A program made the translations under genes and the position numbers. DNA of 64,000 nucleotides, taken from assembly GCF_009914755.1 (NCBI RefSeq), contig NC_060928.1. One strand, 5' to 3'. Positions 29,661 through 42,973 of this stretch are shown piece by piece (position 1 is the first letter of the stretch; each line of letters opens with the position of its first letter). The stretch is from the human T2T-CHM13v2.0 reference genome, Homo sapiens. A model generated the notes under the pieces. It made no database searches, was not told the DNA's origin, and saw only the letters and a list, made by a program, of their open reading frames with translations.

Positions 29661-30066
29661 TAAACAGCAAACATTCTGAAATTATATGCAGATATTTATC
29701 TATATGCATCTTTTACAACTTTTTTCCTAAGGAAGAATCAATATTTCTCACCAGTTTCTCAAGGAAGTCCATGACCCCCATATTTTCTCTAAAGGTAGAC
29801 AATAATCTTGAGCCATTCTTCATTAAAACCTTGTTTACAGCATAATGCTCCACCAACTTTAAAATGATTTACATCTTTTATATCTATTTAGGTTTCCAAC
29901 TTATGCTATCTTCTGGGGCATTGAAATCCACAAAGTTGTTCTCCATTATAGAAAGTGATTATTTCCATTTTCTTGTACTAAAAATCCTTTAAAAATCAAA
30001 TTATATACACAAGTTTTAGCATTACAGGAGCTTGGGAACAAGTCCCCAGTGAGAAATACTGTAAGG

Positions 30067-30290
30067 TGGTGCTTCTCAAATTATCTGTGAGGAAAGACCA
30101 CTTCTTTTTTCTTCTTACCTCTAATCTATTGCAGAGTGACACTGTTACCGAATAAAATTTGGAAATATGACAATGTCAAATTACTGTAAAAATGTCTAAG
30201 CACTTACTCTCAACTTTTGTACTTATCACAGATCCATAACAAGTAGTTCACAGATGAACACCATTCTTTGGACCGCATTTTGAACACTAG
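30067..30290. mobile_element. hAT-Charlie MITE, MER33-like
   Basis: GTGCTTCTCAAATTATCTGTG start, CTTACTCTCAACTTTTGTACTTATC core, GGACCGCATTTTGA end. Confidence 0.65.
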
Positions 30291-30534
30291 CATAATTTGC
30301 TGAAGATAGAATGCACTACATATTAGGGTCATTTGTGTTTCATAACTAAATTGTGAAAATTGAAAGACCTACATGTTTTTAAAAATTATTTGTATTGTAT
30401 TAAAAACATATAAGTTATCTACCATCTTAACAAAATTGTAAACGTATAGCATAATAATAACTGTAAACACAGTTTTGTATAGCTGATCTCTAGAGCTTTT
30501 CCATCGTTCATGACTGAAACTCCATACCCACTGA

Positions 30535-30930
<396 letters not shown>

Positions 30931-31202
30931 TAATGGTAAAAATTCAATCTATTATGGTGATAGGGAGGAAAGGCAAATTCCCAGCCCTGTCTTAATGTAT
31001 TTATGGAATGATTAAATCAGAAGGCATACATGATCAGATGACAGGACTCAAAGAAGAATAAAGAGTTATTTATCTTTCTTTCTCTAGCATGCCTAAAGAT
31101 ATGATGATGGGAATTGCTGTGTTCTTTGTTACCACAAAAATCTCAGCTATTGTGGCGTGTATAGCCTTCATTGTTACGTTTTCTTTTAAAACTAGAAATC
31201 TT

Positions 31203-31613
31203 TTGTTTTGTTTTGTTTTGTTTTGTCCTAAAACAGTTTTATTTTTTATTTTTTTATTTATTTTATTTTTTTTTTTATTATTATACTTTAAGTTTTAGGG
31301 TACATGTGCACATTGTGCAGGTTAGTTACATACGTATACATGTGCCATGCTGGTGTGCTGCACCCACTAAGTCGTCATCTAGCATTAGGTATATCTCCCA
31401 CTGCTATCCCTCCCCCCTCCCCCCACCCCACAACAGTCCCTGGAATACTATGCAGCCATAAAAAATGATGAGTTCATGTCCTTTGTAGGGACATGGATGA
31501 AATTGGAAATCATCATTCTCAGTAAACTATCGCAAGAACAAAAAACCAAACACCGCATATTCTCACTCATAGGTGGGAATTGAACAATGAGATCACATGG
31601 ACACAGGAAGGGG
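31203..31613 (-). mobile_element. Very short L1PA2-like insertion with 5' inversion and double A-tail (possible 3' transduction)
   Basis: TSD AAAACTAGAAATCTT at 31188-31202 and 31614-31628; L1 3' end on the minus strand ~31275-31440; inverted piece on the plus strand 31441-31615; young diagnostics (CCCACTAA...CATCTAGC, GAGATCACATGGAC). Confidence 0.95.
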
Positions 31614-33030
31614 AAAACTAGAAATCTTAACACATACAAGCTTCAAGCACCTTTCATCCAACCCTTATATTACAAACAATGCCTATACAAGAATGTATGA
31701 AAAATGAAATCAGATTTCAGGGTGCTTGTTATGTAGCAAGACAAAGAATGTAAAATTAAATTAACACAAAGCATCATAGGACAAGCATCTTATGAAGCAA
31801 AAAACAAAAACTTAAAAAAACTAAAGATGTTAAGAGATGTTAAGAGGAAGAAGAAACACTTTTTTCTAGGGGTAGGGATGAAGGCTAATGTGAATAACTT
31901 TTGTTTGTTTTGTTTCTCTATCAAGTTATCCTTTCAATTTTAATTTTGGAGGAAATAATTTTATTGTTTTTAATTTATATGATACATTTTCACTGTACAA
32001 TGTTTCAGAAACCATATACCAGATGTGTTTAAGGGCAGGGGCAATGAGATTGAAGATGATAAAATGAAGACATAACTGGAAAGCCCGATCTTGAAGGAGT
32101 TCAGTTTGGGAAGGGCATATTTTCAAAACATGCACCTTATAAATGAGCAGAAAAAAATCATAAAGTTATCTTAAAGCAAGGTAAATATTGGGTTAGATGA
32201 GAGAGATCACACCGATCTTCCTACATAAAATAGGCCAGATTGAGAAATCACACTTAATTTTCATATGAAATAGGAAATGTGGCAATTTGAAATGGACAGG
32301 CAAAATAATGGAATAGAGAGTCTGAGAAAAGTAGGGAACTTTGAGAATAAATGTTACAGTGACTGTGCTGGCAAATCACCAAAATAGGAATAATGTTAGT
32401 TTCGTTGAGAACCCAGCTAGAACCAAACAACACAGTTCAATTTTGGAGTCATCAACATTGGGAAAATTCCTTGGATTGATTATGGGGAGATTCCCTGAGT
32501 CATCTTTAGTGTTCTGAGGTAATTGAAACATTTTTCTACAGATGAAAATAAACAAAATTATGTCTGAATTCCTCTTTCAAATAAACATACAATATGATTA
32601 TATAAATATAGGAAATGACTCAGAATCTGTGAAACTACAAGACTTGGTTGTAAAATAGTTTATCTCTTTGATTAGATTTTGTTAAAGATAAACATAAATT
32701 CCCATATGACCATAATGGTCATTTTAATGAAAACTATCTACTGAATAATAATCAAAACACAATTACTTGATCAGATTTTGTCATAGTCTATTTACATCAT
32801 GGTGAGCAGGAGGCTCACTACTGAGCACAGTTCTAACTGCCTACCAGATGTGTTCTACCAGGACATTCCACCAACCCCTCAAATAAAAGCTGTAAAGGAA
32901 AAAAATCGCTTATTTATTATCTTCCCTCCTCCAGCTCCTTTTCCCCCTGTAGTCTCATAAATGATTCTGTTGAGATCATTCTTATTCCAGGAACTAAAGC
33001 TAGAAATCTTAGAAATTGTTTTAATCTTCA

Positions 33031-33630
33031 TTTTTTGTGTGTACACAGTAGGCATATATATTTATGGGATACATGACATATTCTGATAAGGTATATCATA
33101 TGTAATAATCACATCAGGGTAAATGGAGTGTCTGTCACCTCAAGCATTTATCCTTTCGTTGTGTTACAAACAACCCAGCTGGACTCTTTTTGTTATTTTT
33201 AAATGTATAATAAATTATTGTTGAGTGTAGTCACCCTGTTATGCTATCAAATACTAAACCTTGTTCATTCTATTTCATTATTTTTTGTACCCATTAGCCA
33301 TCTCTCCAATGTACCCTTCCCAGCCTTCTAACTCCATGAGTTCAGTTGTATTAATTTTTAGCTCCCACAAACAAGTGAGACCAAGTGAAGTTTGTCTTTC
33401 CGTGCTTGGCTTATTTCACTTAACATAATGACCTCCATTTCCATCCATGTTGTTGCAAATTACAGGATGTCATTCTTTTTTATGGCTGAATAGTATGCCA
33501 CTGTGTATATGTAACATATTTTCTTTATCCATTCATCTGTTGATGGATACTTAGGCTGCTTCTAAACTTGGTTATTGTGAATGGTGCTGCAACTAACATA
33601 GGAGTGCATATATCGCTTCAGTATACTGAT
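33031..33630 (-). mobile_element. L1MA2/3-like 3' fragment
   Basis: TAATAATCACATCAGGGTAAATGG...CACCTCAAGCATTTATC motif; possible diverged TSD TAGA(A/T)ATCTTAGAA at 33001 and 33631. Confidence 0.88.
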
Positions 33631-33714
33631 TAGATATCTTAGAATATTTTAAAATTACTTTATCTGTCTTGACAATCAGAGCCAATATGATGTCAAATCC
33701 ATTTGATATAATAA

Positions 33715-33950
33715 TAATAATGAAATAGACAATATTCCTTGACACTTACTATGAGCAAGGTGCTGTGTTAAATAAATACTTTGTAGGTTTTTATTTTCAT
33801 TAAACCTTCATTCCCATACAAATATATAGGTAGTACCTTTATGATCTTCATTCTATACATGAGGAAAGGCTTAGAGCAAGTGAATAATTTGTCCAAATCC
33901 ATGCATCTGGTATGCAGGGGAGCTGAAGTATGAATTTATACTCTTACCAC
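33715..33950 (-). mobile_element. MIR
   Basis: CACTTACTATGAGCAAGG..., CATTCTATACATGAGGAAA core. Confidence 0.65.
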
Positions 33951-34917
33951 TGTCATGTACTCTTTCACCTTCTTTCTATTGAAATTCATTCTCCTCATTC
34001 AGTATTTTATCAGGTTTTTATTCTATCTAAGCTTTCTCGTATACTGCTGCCTAGCTGATATTCTTACAGCACAGCTCTAAGTCACCTCCTTATTAAAATA
34101 TCATCAATATATTTGCATTGATTAATAAAAGCAACACAAATTTTGTGGCCGAAGGGTCAAAACTTTTATACTTTGGATGCAATTTATCTTTCCAGCCTTA
34201 TCTTTCCACATTTCCAGCCATACAACCATATCTTCAGCCAAATTAACAATTTTGCTTTGCTTCAAAGGACTATGCATGTGCAAAAGCTGGGAAGTGTTGA
34301 GTGTTTGAACGAGTTTTGGTGAGTCATGCCTACAGAGTAGAAGGAACCAGACAGGGAAGGTGGTTGTGGCCAGACTGCAAAAGAACTTGAGTCTCACACA
34401 ACAAAGTTTGACTTTTAGCCTAGAGCATAGGGGTAAAGGTAAGGGATGGTGGGGACAGAGTATGTGCTTGTGGGTGCACAGACACTATTTTCACTATGTT
34501 TTGATGTTATTCTGTCTGAAAAAATAAGCTATATTTGTTTGTTAAGGGGGATTTACATCAGCATGTTTATAACAATTAGAACTTATAGCAAGTTCAGTGA
34601 TGTTTGTTTGCTTCAAATAACTCAAGGGTTAATGTGAACTATGAGCCATTCTTCAACTAAAGTATATGCTTTTCTCAGATTTTAAGAAGTATCAAGATTG
34701 GGGAAATGTCACATGAACTTTAATGAAAGCTAATCATATATAGTTATTTTCAAAAAATGAAAGTAATCAACGCTGACCTGTAAGTAGTTGTTTTGACTAA
34801 ATATAATAGTCAAACCAATCTGTTGTGTACTCTACAATATGATACTGTAAAATTGACAGTGATTTCATTAACCAATATGGAATTTTTAACTTTAAAAATG
34901 TATTACTCGAAAATATT

Positions 34918-35229
34918 GGCTGGGCACAGTGGCTCACGCCTGTCATCTCAGCACTTTTGGGAGCCTGAGGCAAGCGGATCTCCTGAGGTCAAGAGTTTGA
35001 GACCAGCCTGGTCAACAAGGTGAAACCCTGTCTCTACTAAAAACACAAAAATTAGTCAGGCATGGTGGTGCACACCAGTGGTTTCAGTTGCTCTGGAGGC
35101 TGAGGCAGGAGAATCACTTGAACCCGGGAGGCGAAGGTTGAAGTGAGCTGGCGCCACTGCACTCCACCCTGGGCAACAGAGCAGGATTCCATCTCAAAAA
35201 ACAAACAAACAAACAAACAACAACAACCA
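34918..35229 (+). mobile_element. AluS (Sx/Sz-like) with (AAAC)n tail
   Basis: GGCTGGGCACAGTGGCTCACGCC start; full dimer. Confidence 0.95.
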
Positions 35230-38200
35230 TAACTATATATCTGATTATTTCTTCACTTAACTGTCTTAGAAAATCCAAACATAAGATATCTATTTTTGAA
35301 TACATTTGTTATTATTTTACATGGTTTATAAAATTAAACACAGATACCAAAAATTCTCAATTAATAGGCAGTTTTGTATTTTGCGTTCTAAGTAATGAGC
35401 CATTATTTTTTAATTTTACATTTTATAAAAATAATATTTAACAAATTATAAGCATAATGGTAGGTTTTATTAAAACAGTGTTTTTCAAATAAGTTCGACT
35501 GGGTGGTTTAAAAACTGACTTACATACATTACAGTATAGCATTTCCTATCTTGCATTCCATGCATGTGAGAAAGATAACTCGGGCCCAGAAATGCATGTA
35601 TTTGGAAGACTGAAAATTCGATGGGCATGACATTTTCTAGCCAGATAAAAATATACATGCATATGTCTGTATGACTCATTCCACACAACTCAAAATTGCT
35701 GGAGAGTGGGTGTAGCTATGAATATTACTGCACAATGTAGTTTTCAAAGAAAAAAAAACAAATTTGGCAGCTTCCTATCTTTTTGGATAACTTTAGATTA
35801 ATTGAAATTTCAATTAATGAAATGCACAGCTAAAAATGCATTAAAGGCACATCAAGTGCTAGAGAACAAATGAGGGAGAATGAATAATACAAAACCAAGA
35901 TGATAACTTTTCTATGAATGTGCATATTTCGTCTGTCTGTCTGAATGCATTTTAACTAAGTTAGGCCATGTCTCAGACAGTAAATTGAAATGGGCAATTG
36001 ATTTTTTTTTTGTCTGTACTTCAATATCATTGTATTTCCGATGCAAATTGTGAGATCTGCATTTTCCAAATAGTTTTTTTCAATTTCAAACATTTCTTGT
36101 AAATTGTCATTTGGTTATTGGTTGTGAATGAGCTAGAGTCTACATATATGGAATAATATAAAGACAGTTTTAGTAGGTGTCGTCTTTGAGTTTTTTTATA
36201 TAAAATACTGTGGTAAGTGATAATGCGTTTTTTTACATGTATTATCTCTTTTAACCTCCTCCCCAAAATATGAACTTCTTACTGTTACTTTTTTTGTTTT
36301 TTTATATGTTAAAAATTAAACAGTATAACATATTCCAACAAAGCTAGTACATAACATAGTTGGAATTCGGGCCCCATTTTTTCTGATGCCAGATCCCATT
36401 TCTAAACTGGTATGTTATTTAACATCTTTAGAAAAGGCTTATTTCAGTTTACAAAAGTTATGGAACCATTGATAATAATTAAAATATAGGTGAGAGGAAT
36501 GACATAAAGTTATGTCCACAAGGTTTGAAACATGTATGTGAAGGTTAATATATAAATAATTATATATTTATATGCATACAGTTTATTCATTTCATATTCC
36601 AATATTATATAAATTATCAATTTATACAAATAAATTCACTCAACTCTACATGCAGCAAAACCAATATTACCGTTCTTTTTTTATAAAAAGTTTTATACAA
36701 ACATAGTAATGTACAGAAATTATGCAGGAAACCTGTTCGGAGGTCTTTAAATGGATTAATTTTTATCTGTACAAGAGCCTGGCGCACAGATTTTTCTTAC
36801 AAATCCTTTTATACAACTTTAATAATTGGATGGTTAGTAAAGGTTAAGTTCAGCCAGACAAATAGTTGAGTGAAGTCACTTGGTTAGACCATGGTTATGT
36901 GAGGGAGAGAAAATAACATATCTGTATAGAAAGCGGCCTCCATGGTTCATTTTGCGCATCTTAATAGTCAATGCCAGTCACTGAAGCTGTTGCTATTGCT
37001 ATTGATTATGAAATTAGCACTGTGAGTCATAAAGGTTTTGCTTACTCTCCTGCCATCCGTTTTATTGACTTAGGAACAAGTGAGCTTCAAACAGCAGTAT
37101 TCGCTTTGTGCATATTGAACATGGCAGAAAGCAAACAAGCAAACAGCATTACTTTTCTCTAATATTGTCTGTGTGCTTCCAACCTAGCCTCGAAGCCTTC
37201 ATTCACAAATTTATAAATGCCTGTATGTTTGCAACCTGAAAACTCCAGTTCAAGATGATCTCACCCTAGGGAATTCAATACATCCCTAATCATCTAAATA
37301 GTACTCTTGACCTTTGCTATTAGTCAGACTTGAATTTCCCAATTGTTCACAATTGTTCTTTCACAATTGTTCTTCTTTTCTCAGGTGGTAGATATTTCCC
37401 CAGATGTTAAATATAAGCTTCTTAAGGACTGATGTGTCAAATTTATTTATTTTTCCATGCAAACATTATTTTATTCATTTGAAAAGAATTTATCATGAAT
37501 TTATTCAGCACTATTGTCTTTTGCTTTATTTAATTATAAAGGGTTATTTAATAATCTTGAGCTTCAGTTTTCTCATCTCTAACATGTGAATAATCAAAGT
37601 GAATTATAATTATAGTGAAAATGAAATGAGAAAATTTCTGAAAAGTGCCTAAAGTAGTACATTGTGGCTTCTGCATTTCTTTGAGTAAGGCCTTGGTAAA
37701 TGTTGAATTGGATGATAGCTACTGGTTAGTTTCATCAAAATGATCAACAAATCATTTGTTTAGACATAGTTATTCACACCTCTAACTTCTTAATAAAATT
37801 GGACTTTAACAATGAAAATAAATTTTAGTCACTTGATGTATTCTGGAAAACATATCAAATGCATTGTGGATGGTATCTTTGGAAAGGGAAAGAGGAAAGT
37901 GGCTAAAGATCAGAGACAGGGGTGGAATAAAATAGGAGAGGAGCCTTTTATCGACCAATCAGGATGATGTGTTGGAGCCTGAGAATTCAGTTTAAATTAT
38001 TCTTCTGCTCCTGAGAAAATGGGATAGAAGACGAACAAAAAGGAAACAACAAAAATGAAAATGCATTCATCTTGTTTGCAGGTACCAAGAAAAGCATATC
38101 CATATGTAAGTAATGATCATGAATACATGTATTTGTAGAGTATATGTAGTGTCTCTGTCTATCCATTCATCTATCTGTGTTCTTACTGAAGATGAGTGAT

Positions 38201-40108
38201 ACATGGCATTTAAATTATGATCTCCTTCAATTTGCACAGATATTTCAGTCTCATTGGTACTTACCTTCCATGTTTCTTCACAAACTACAAATATAGAAGA
38301 CAGACTTGCAACTCTTACTTTAGTCTCCTTCAAACAATGATAAACATCAATATTATTGAGTAAAAGAGTCTTCTAAATATTGACCTTAAACCACAGAGAA
38401 ATATATAGATTTCACCACAAAGGGTAATATTTTATTAAGTTATATAATATATTTGAAAATTCTAACTTAACTTTAAGACTGACAATACTTTTCTTTAAGG
38501 GCTTAAGTCATAAGTCAGTGTTATTCAATTATCTATAATGGGAAAATCATGATACAGCACTCAGAGTGAGTGCGAGCATTGAATTAAGATGGTTTTTAAC
38601 CAAAATGAATGCATTTTAAATAAATATAATAATCATGCTACTTTATATCTCTACAAAGAGATCTTTAAAGCCAAAAATCCATGATCGACATTCTCCTATT
38701 GATTTAAACTATCTCATTTATTATTTTAATAGCAACAGACTTGCTAAATTTCTACTCCACTTAAAATTATGTAAGGTATACTCTTCAGCTAAGAAAGGAC
38801 TATATATGTAGGCACAGTAGCAGAATATTTCTGAGTACACTTTCCATCATAGCTTTTTTCTTTCTTGCCCTTCTAACTCAGCATGTAGGCAAGAAGACAC
38901 TTAGAAAATAGAACAATGCTAATTGGTTTTATCACATGTTAGTCAAAAATGAAATAATGGAATCTTAAATATCATCTTTCAGAGTACAGAGAGTCCACTC
39001 ACTCTTTACAGAATATGCCTTGAATAATATCCCCATAAAAATATTTAAAGAAATTTGCTATTTTATTCTATGCATATGCATTTTCAAGGAAGAGTCAAAT
39101 TTGAAAGAATATTTGGATAAAGTCCAAGACATTAAGACAAAGGCATATAGGTTTTAATCCTTACATTACTTTCATTGTCTGTTTAATATCATAGAAAATT
39201 AACTAGGCCTCTGTATAATTTTTGTGAAGTTATTCACTTAATAAGGGATACATTTTCCATAGAAATGATTTGGATTGAATCATGAAGTTCAGATTTGCTT
39301 AAGCATAAATAAATCATTATTCCAAAAGTGTAATAATAAGAAATGAAGTATTTCCAATAAAATTGTGATTTTTAATTGTAGAATGATGATCTTCATAGAA
39401 GAGTTTTATGTTCTTAATATTTGATGATATACTATATAGGGAATTTTGTATTAATTTGTCCTGGGGTTTTATTGTTGGAAGGAAAAAAGTTTACTAAGAT
39501 TGGAGTACTACCAGGAAAAGCCTGATGCTCACAGAACAAGAAATCTTAGAAGGTAGCATATACTCAATGGTTTAAGGACAATGTTCCTCCACATGTGTGT
39601 GAGAATGTGGGGGACAGATGCCACATATTCATGCACAATGACCCCCATTTACAGACCTAAATGCATAGCCTTTACCCAGGTGATTCTGCTGCAGGTTGTC
39701 CTTTGACCATTGGTTTAGGATCTCACTCTCAACCTTGCAGCCTCAGAAAACTGAAACTATTTTAAGTTCATTAACTATGGATCTCTCTGTCTGGAGTAGA
39801 CTCATATCGCCAACAAGTTCACAGAAAAAAACACATAACTCATGAGTTCACAGGGACCAAGGTATATAACAAAATGCTGAAGTATTTTTTTAAATTAAAA
39901 CTACAACTTTCATGCAAGGCAGTATACTTAGGTCAGTAAGTCAGAGCAGTTATAATCAGAAAGCTAATTCAAAAATTGAAATAAGATAATCCATATGATT
40001 CAAATTTAAAAAATCAAGGTTTAAATTGTTATTGAACTCACAGAAAATCTTTTTAATTATGTAGAATGGCCATGGCTCTCTCCATCTTTATTAAGAAATA
40101 TGAATGTA

Positions 40109-40491
<383 letters not shown>

Positions 40492-40609
40492 TTAACATTT
40501 TAATATATTTCATTTTTAAATAATTCCTTACTACTTAAATATTACATAATTTATATTATACACACTGTAAATACATATATTGTCTTTTTGCTCATAAAAC
40601 ATTACAGAT

Positions 40610-40684
40610 AAATAGTGATGATAATTAAGAATAATGTATTGTATACTTGATATTCGTTAAAAGAATGGATCTTAAATCATCTGA

Positions 40685-40724
<40 letters not shown>

Positions 40725-40862
40725 TGACTATGTAGAGCTGATATATTACCTGGATTGTGGTGATCATCTCACAATGTGTGTGTCTATCAAAACATTAAGT
40801 TGTCCTAAGTATATATAATTTTTATATGTCTATGATATATCTCCAAGAAGCTGTTTATAAAA
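40610..40862 (+). mobile_element. Old L1M 3'-end fragment containing (CA)n at 40686-40722
   Basis: TGTATTGTATACTTGA, GATTGTGGTGATCAT...CACAATGT motifs; perfect CA run. Confidence 0.75.
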
Positions 40863-41287
40863 ATGTACAAATAAATTCTCCCATGAAAACCACTTGGTAC
40901 TCCTCTCTATCTCTATTGGAAGCTGTCTTCTGGAATCATGCATAAGTCGCCAGAAATACTGTTCATTGATATGAAAGTACGGAGTCCCTGTTGCCACAAT
41001 GTTACCGTCAGCTGTTGACTGACCACGTTGCCACTGTCCACTGAAGTTTATCCAGGGATATTGACAACATGCTTATTCAATATAGGAGCCTGATGGATAT
41101 TTTATGTAGGTAGATACAAACAAAATATAAGAAAAAAAACACATAAAAAGTTATATCACATAACTCATTCTAGAGACATAAATATAAACAAATACTAAGA
41201 ATTAATTAAATTAGGAATGTCACACCCCAAAAAGAAGAATACATTGCAATCAAAAACAGATGATTGATTTATATATAAGAAGATATA

Positions 41288-41588
41288 GGCTGGGTGCAGT
41301 GGCTCACTCCTGTAATCCCAGCACTTTGGGAGGCCAAGGCAGGCGGATCATCTGAGATCGGGAGTTCAAGACCAGCCTGACGAACATGAAGAAACCCTGT
41401 CTCTACTAAAAATACAAAATTAGCCAGGTGTGGTGGTGCATGCCTGTAATCCCATCTACTCAGGAGGCTGATACAGGAGAATCGCTTGAACCAGGAGGTG
41501 GAGGTCGCCGTGGGCTGAGATCACGCCATTGCAATCCAACCTGGGCAACAAGACTGAAACTCTGTTTCAAAAAAAAAAAAAAAAAAAA
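41288..41588 (+). mobile_element. AluSp-like
   Basis: TCGGGAGTTC, CCTGAC...AACATGAAGAAACCC, GGCAACAAGA...GAAACTC; TSD ending AAGATATA on both sides. Confidence 0.95.
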
Positions 41589-42673
41589 GATATAATTCTT
41601 AGGACAGTGAAAATTTTGTCTACCTACTATGGCTTTAAAATTAATGCATAATGGCTTATAATCAAGACAATTTAAAATGACTTTTTGTGGGAGGGAAATC
41701 TTTACATAAATCACAGTGGTTCTGGACATGTCAAGAGGAATAAAGAGGTGTTGTTTGCTGGAAACACAGCCTGCAAAAAAAGTCACAGAAGTGGAAATGA
41801 ACCAGCCTTATGCAGACCACATTGTAACACCAACTAGACTGTGGCTCATCACAACTGTTGAAGAGATTTTTGAAAATGAGTGAGCTGTTTGAGAGCCAGA
41901 CTTTAACAAAAGGCTTTTTCAAAATGATTTCCTTAGATTAGCATTACTTTCATGGCATTTTGTAAAACACTGGTATTCTGTTAGATATTAACTAACAGAA
42001 TGGAGTTCTGTTAGTCTGGAGTTAGATACTAACTCCATTCCCTTTCAAAATAATAATACATTGTACTGGGGGACTGCTAGCTAATATACGCTCTCATGGC
42101 AATTTACAGTATTAGCGTATGATTGTTACTATGCTATTCTGTGGCAGAGAAACTTCTTCACATTCGTTCACTTAAGTCACTGAACTCTTTTTCATAAGAT
42201 GAACAATTTTTATATTGGTAAAATTTACAAAAGATGGTGGGAATGAGCACGGATGCTTGAACAAGAAAGTAGCATGGTAAAAATCATTGTTTAGAAGCAG
42301 AATGTAGGTGGAGGAAGTATGTGGAGGTAGTGAGGAGAAGGGGGAATTGTGTCCAGAAATTGGCAGGGCAGCTAATGCCCTGGTGCAGTCGTGAAGTCAT
42401 GAGGATGATACCTGGGGCAGAGGGAATTATGAGAAAAGATGCAGTCCAAGAGACAATGAGGCAAATGACAAGAACATATCAATGGCTTGGATGTAAAGGA
42501 ATGAACATAAAGGAGGGACAAAAACAGCTACTGTTAGTAAAAGCTACTCACTAGCTTTTTTCTCTTTATTGTTTTCGAAAAGCAAAAAGAGCTTAAAGAA
42601 GTCCGTGGGGGGCAAAAATTAAGCTCTATGAATGAATATGCACATGCTATGAAGGATAAAAGTGGAATTAGTA

Positions 42674-42973
<300 letters not shown>

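Noticed and set aside
37340-37410. Acceptor-like pyrimidine tract (TTCTTCTTTTCTCAG) before ORF 37404-37589
   Set aside because: The tract partly derives from a short TCACAATTGTTCTT duplication, no convincing donor follows, and the ORF is low-complexity and runs into a MIR-like relic.
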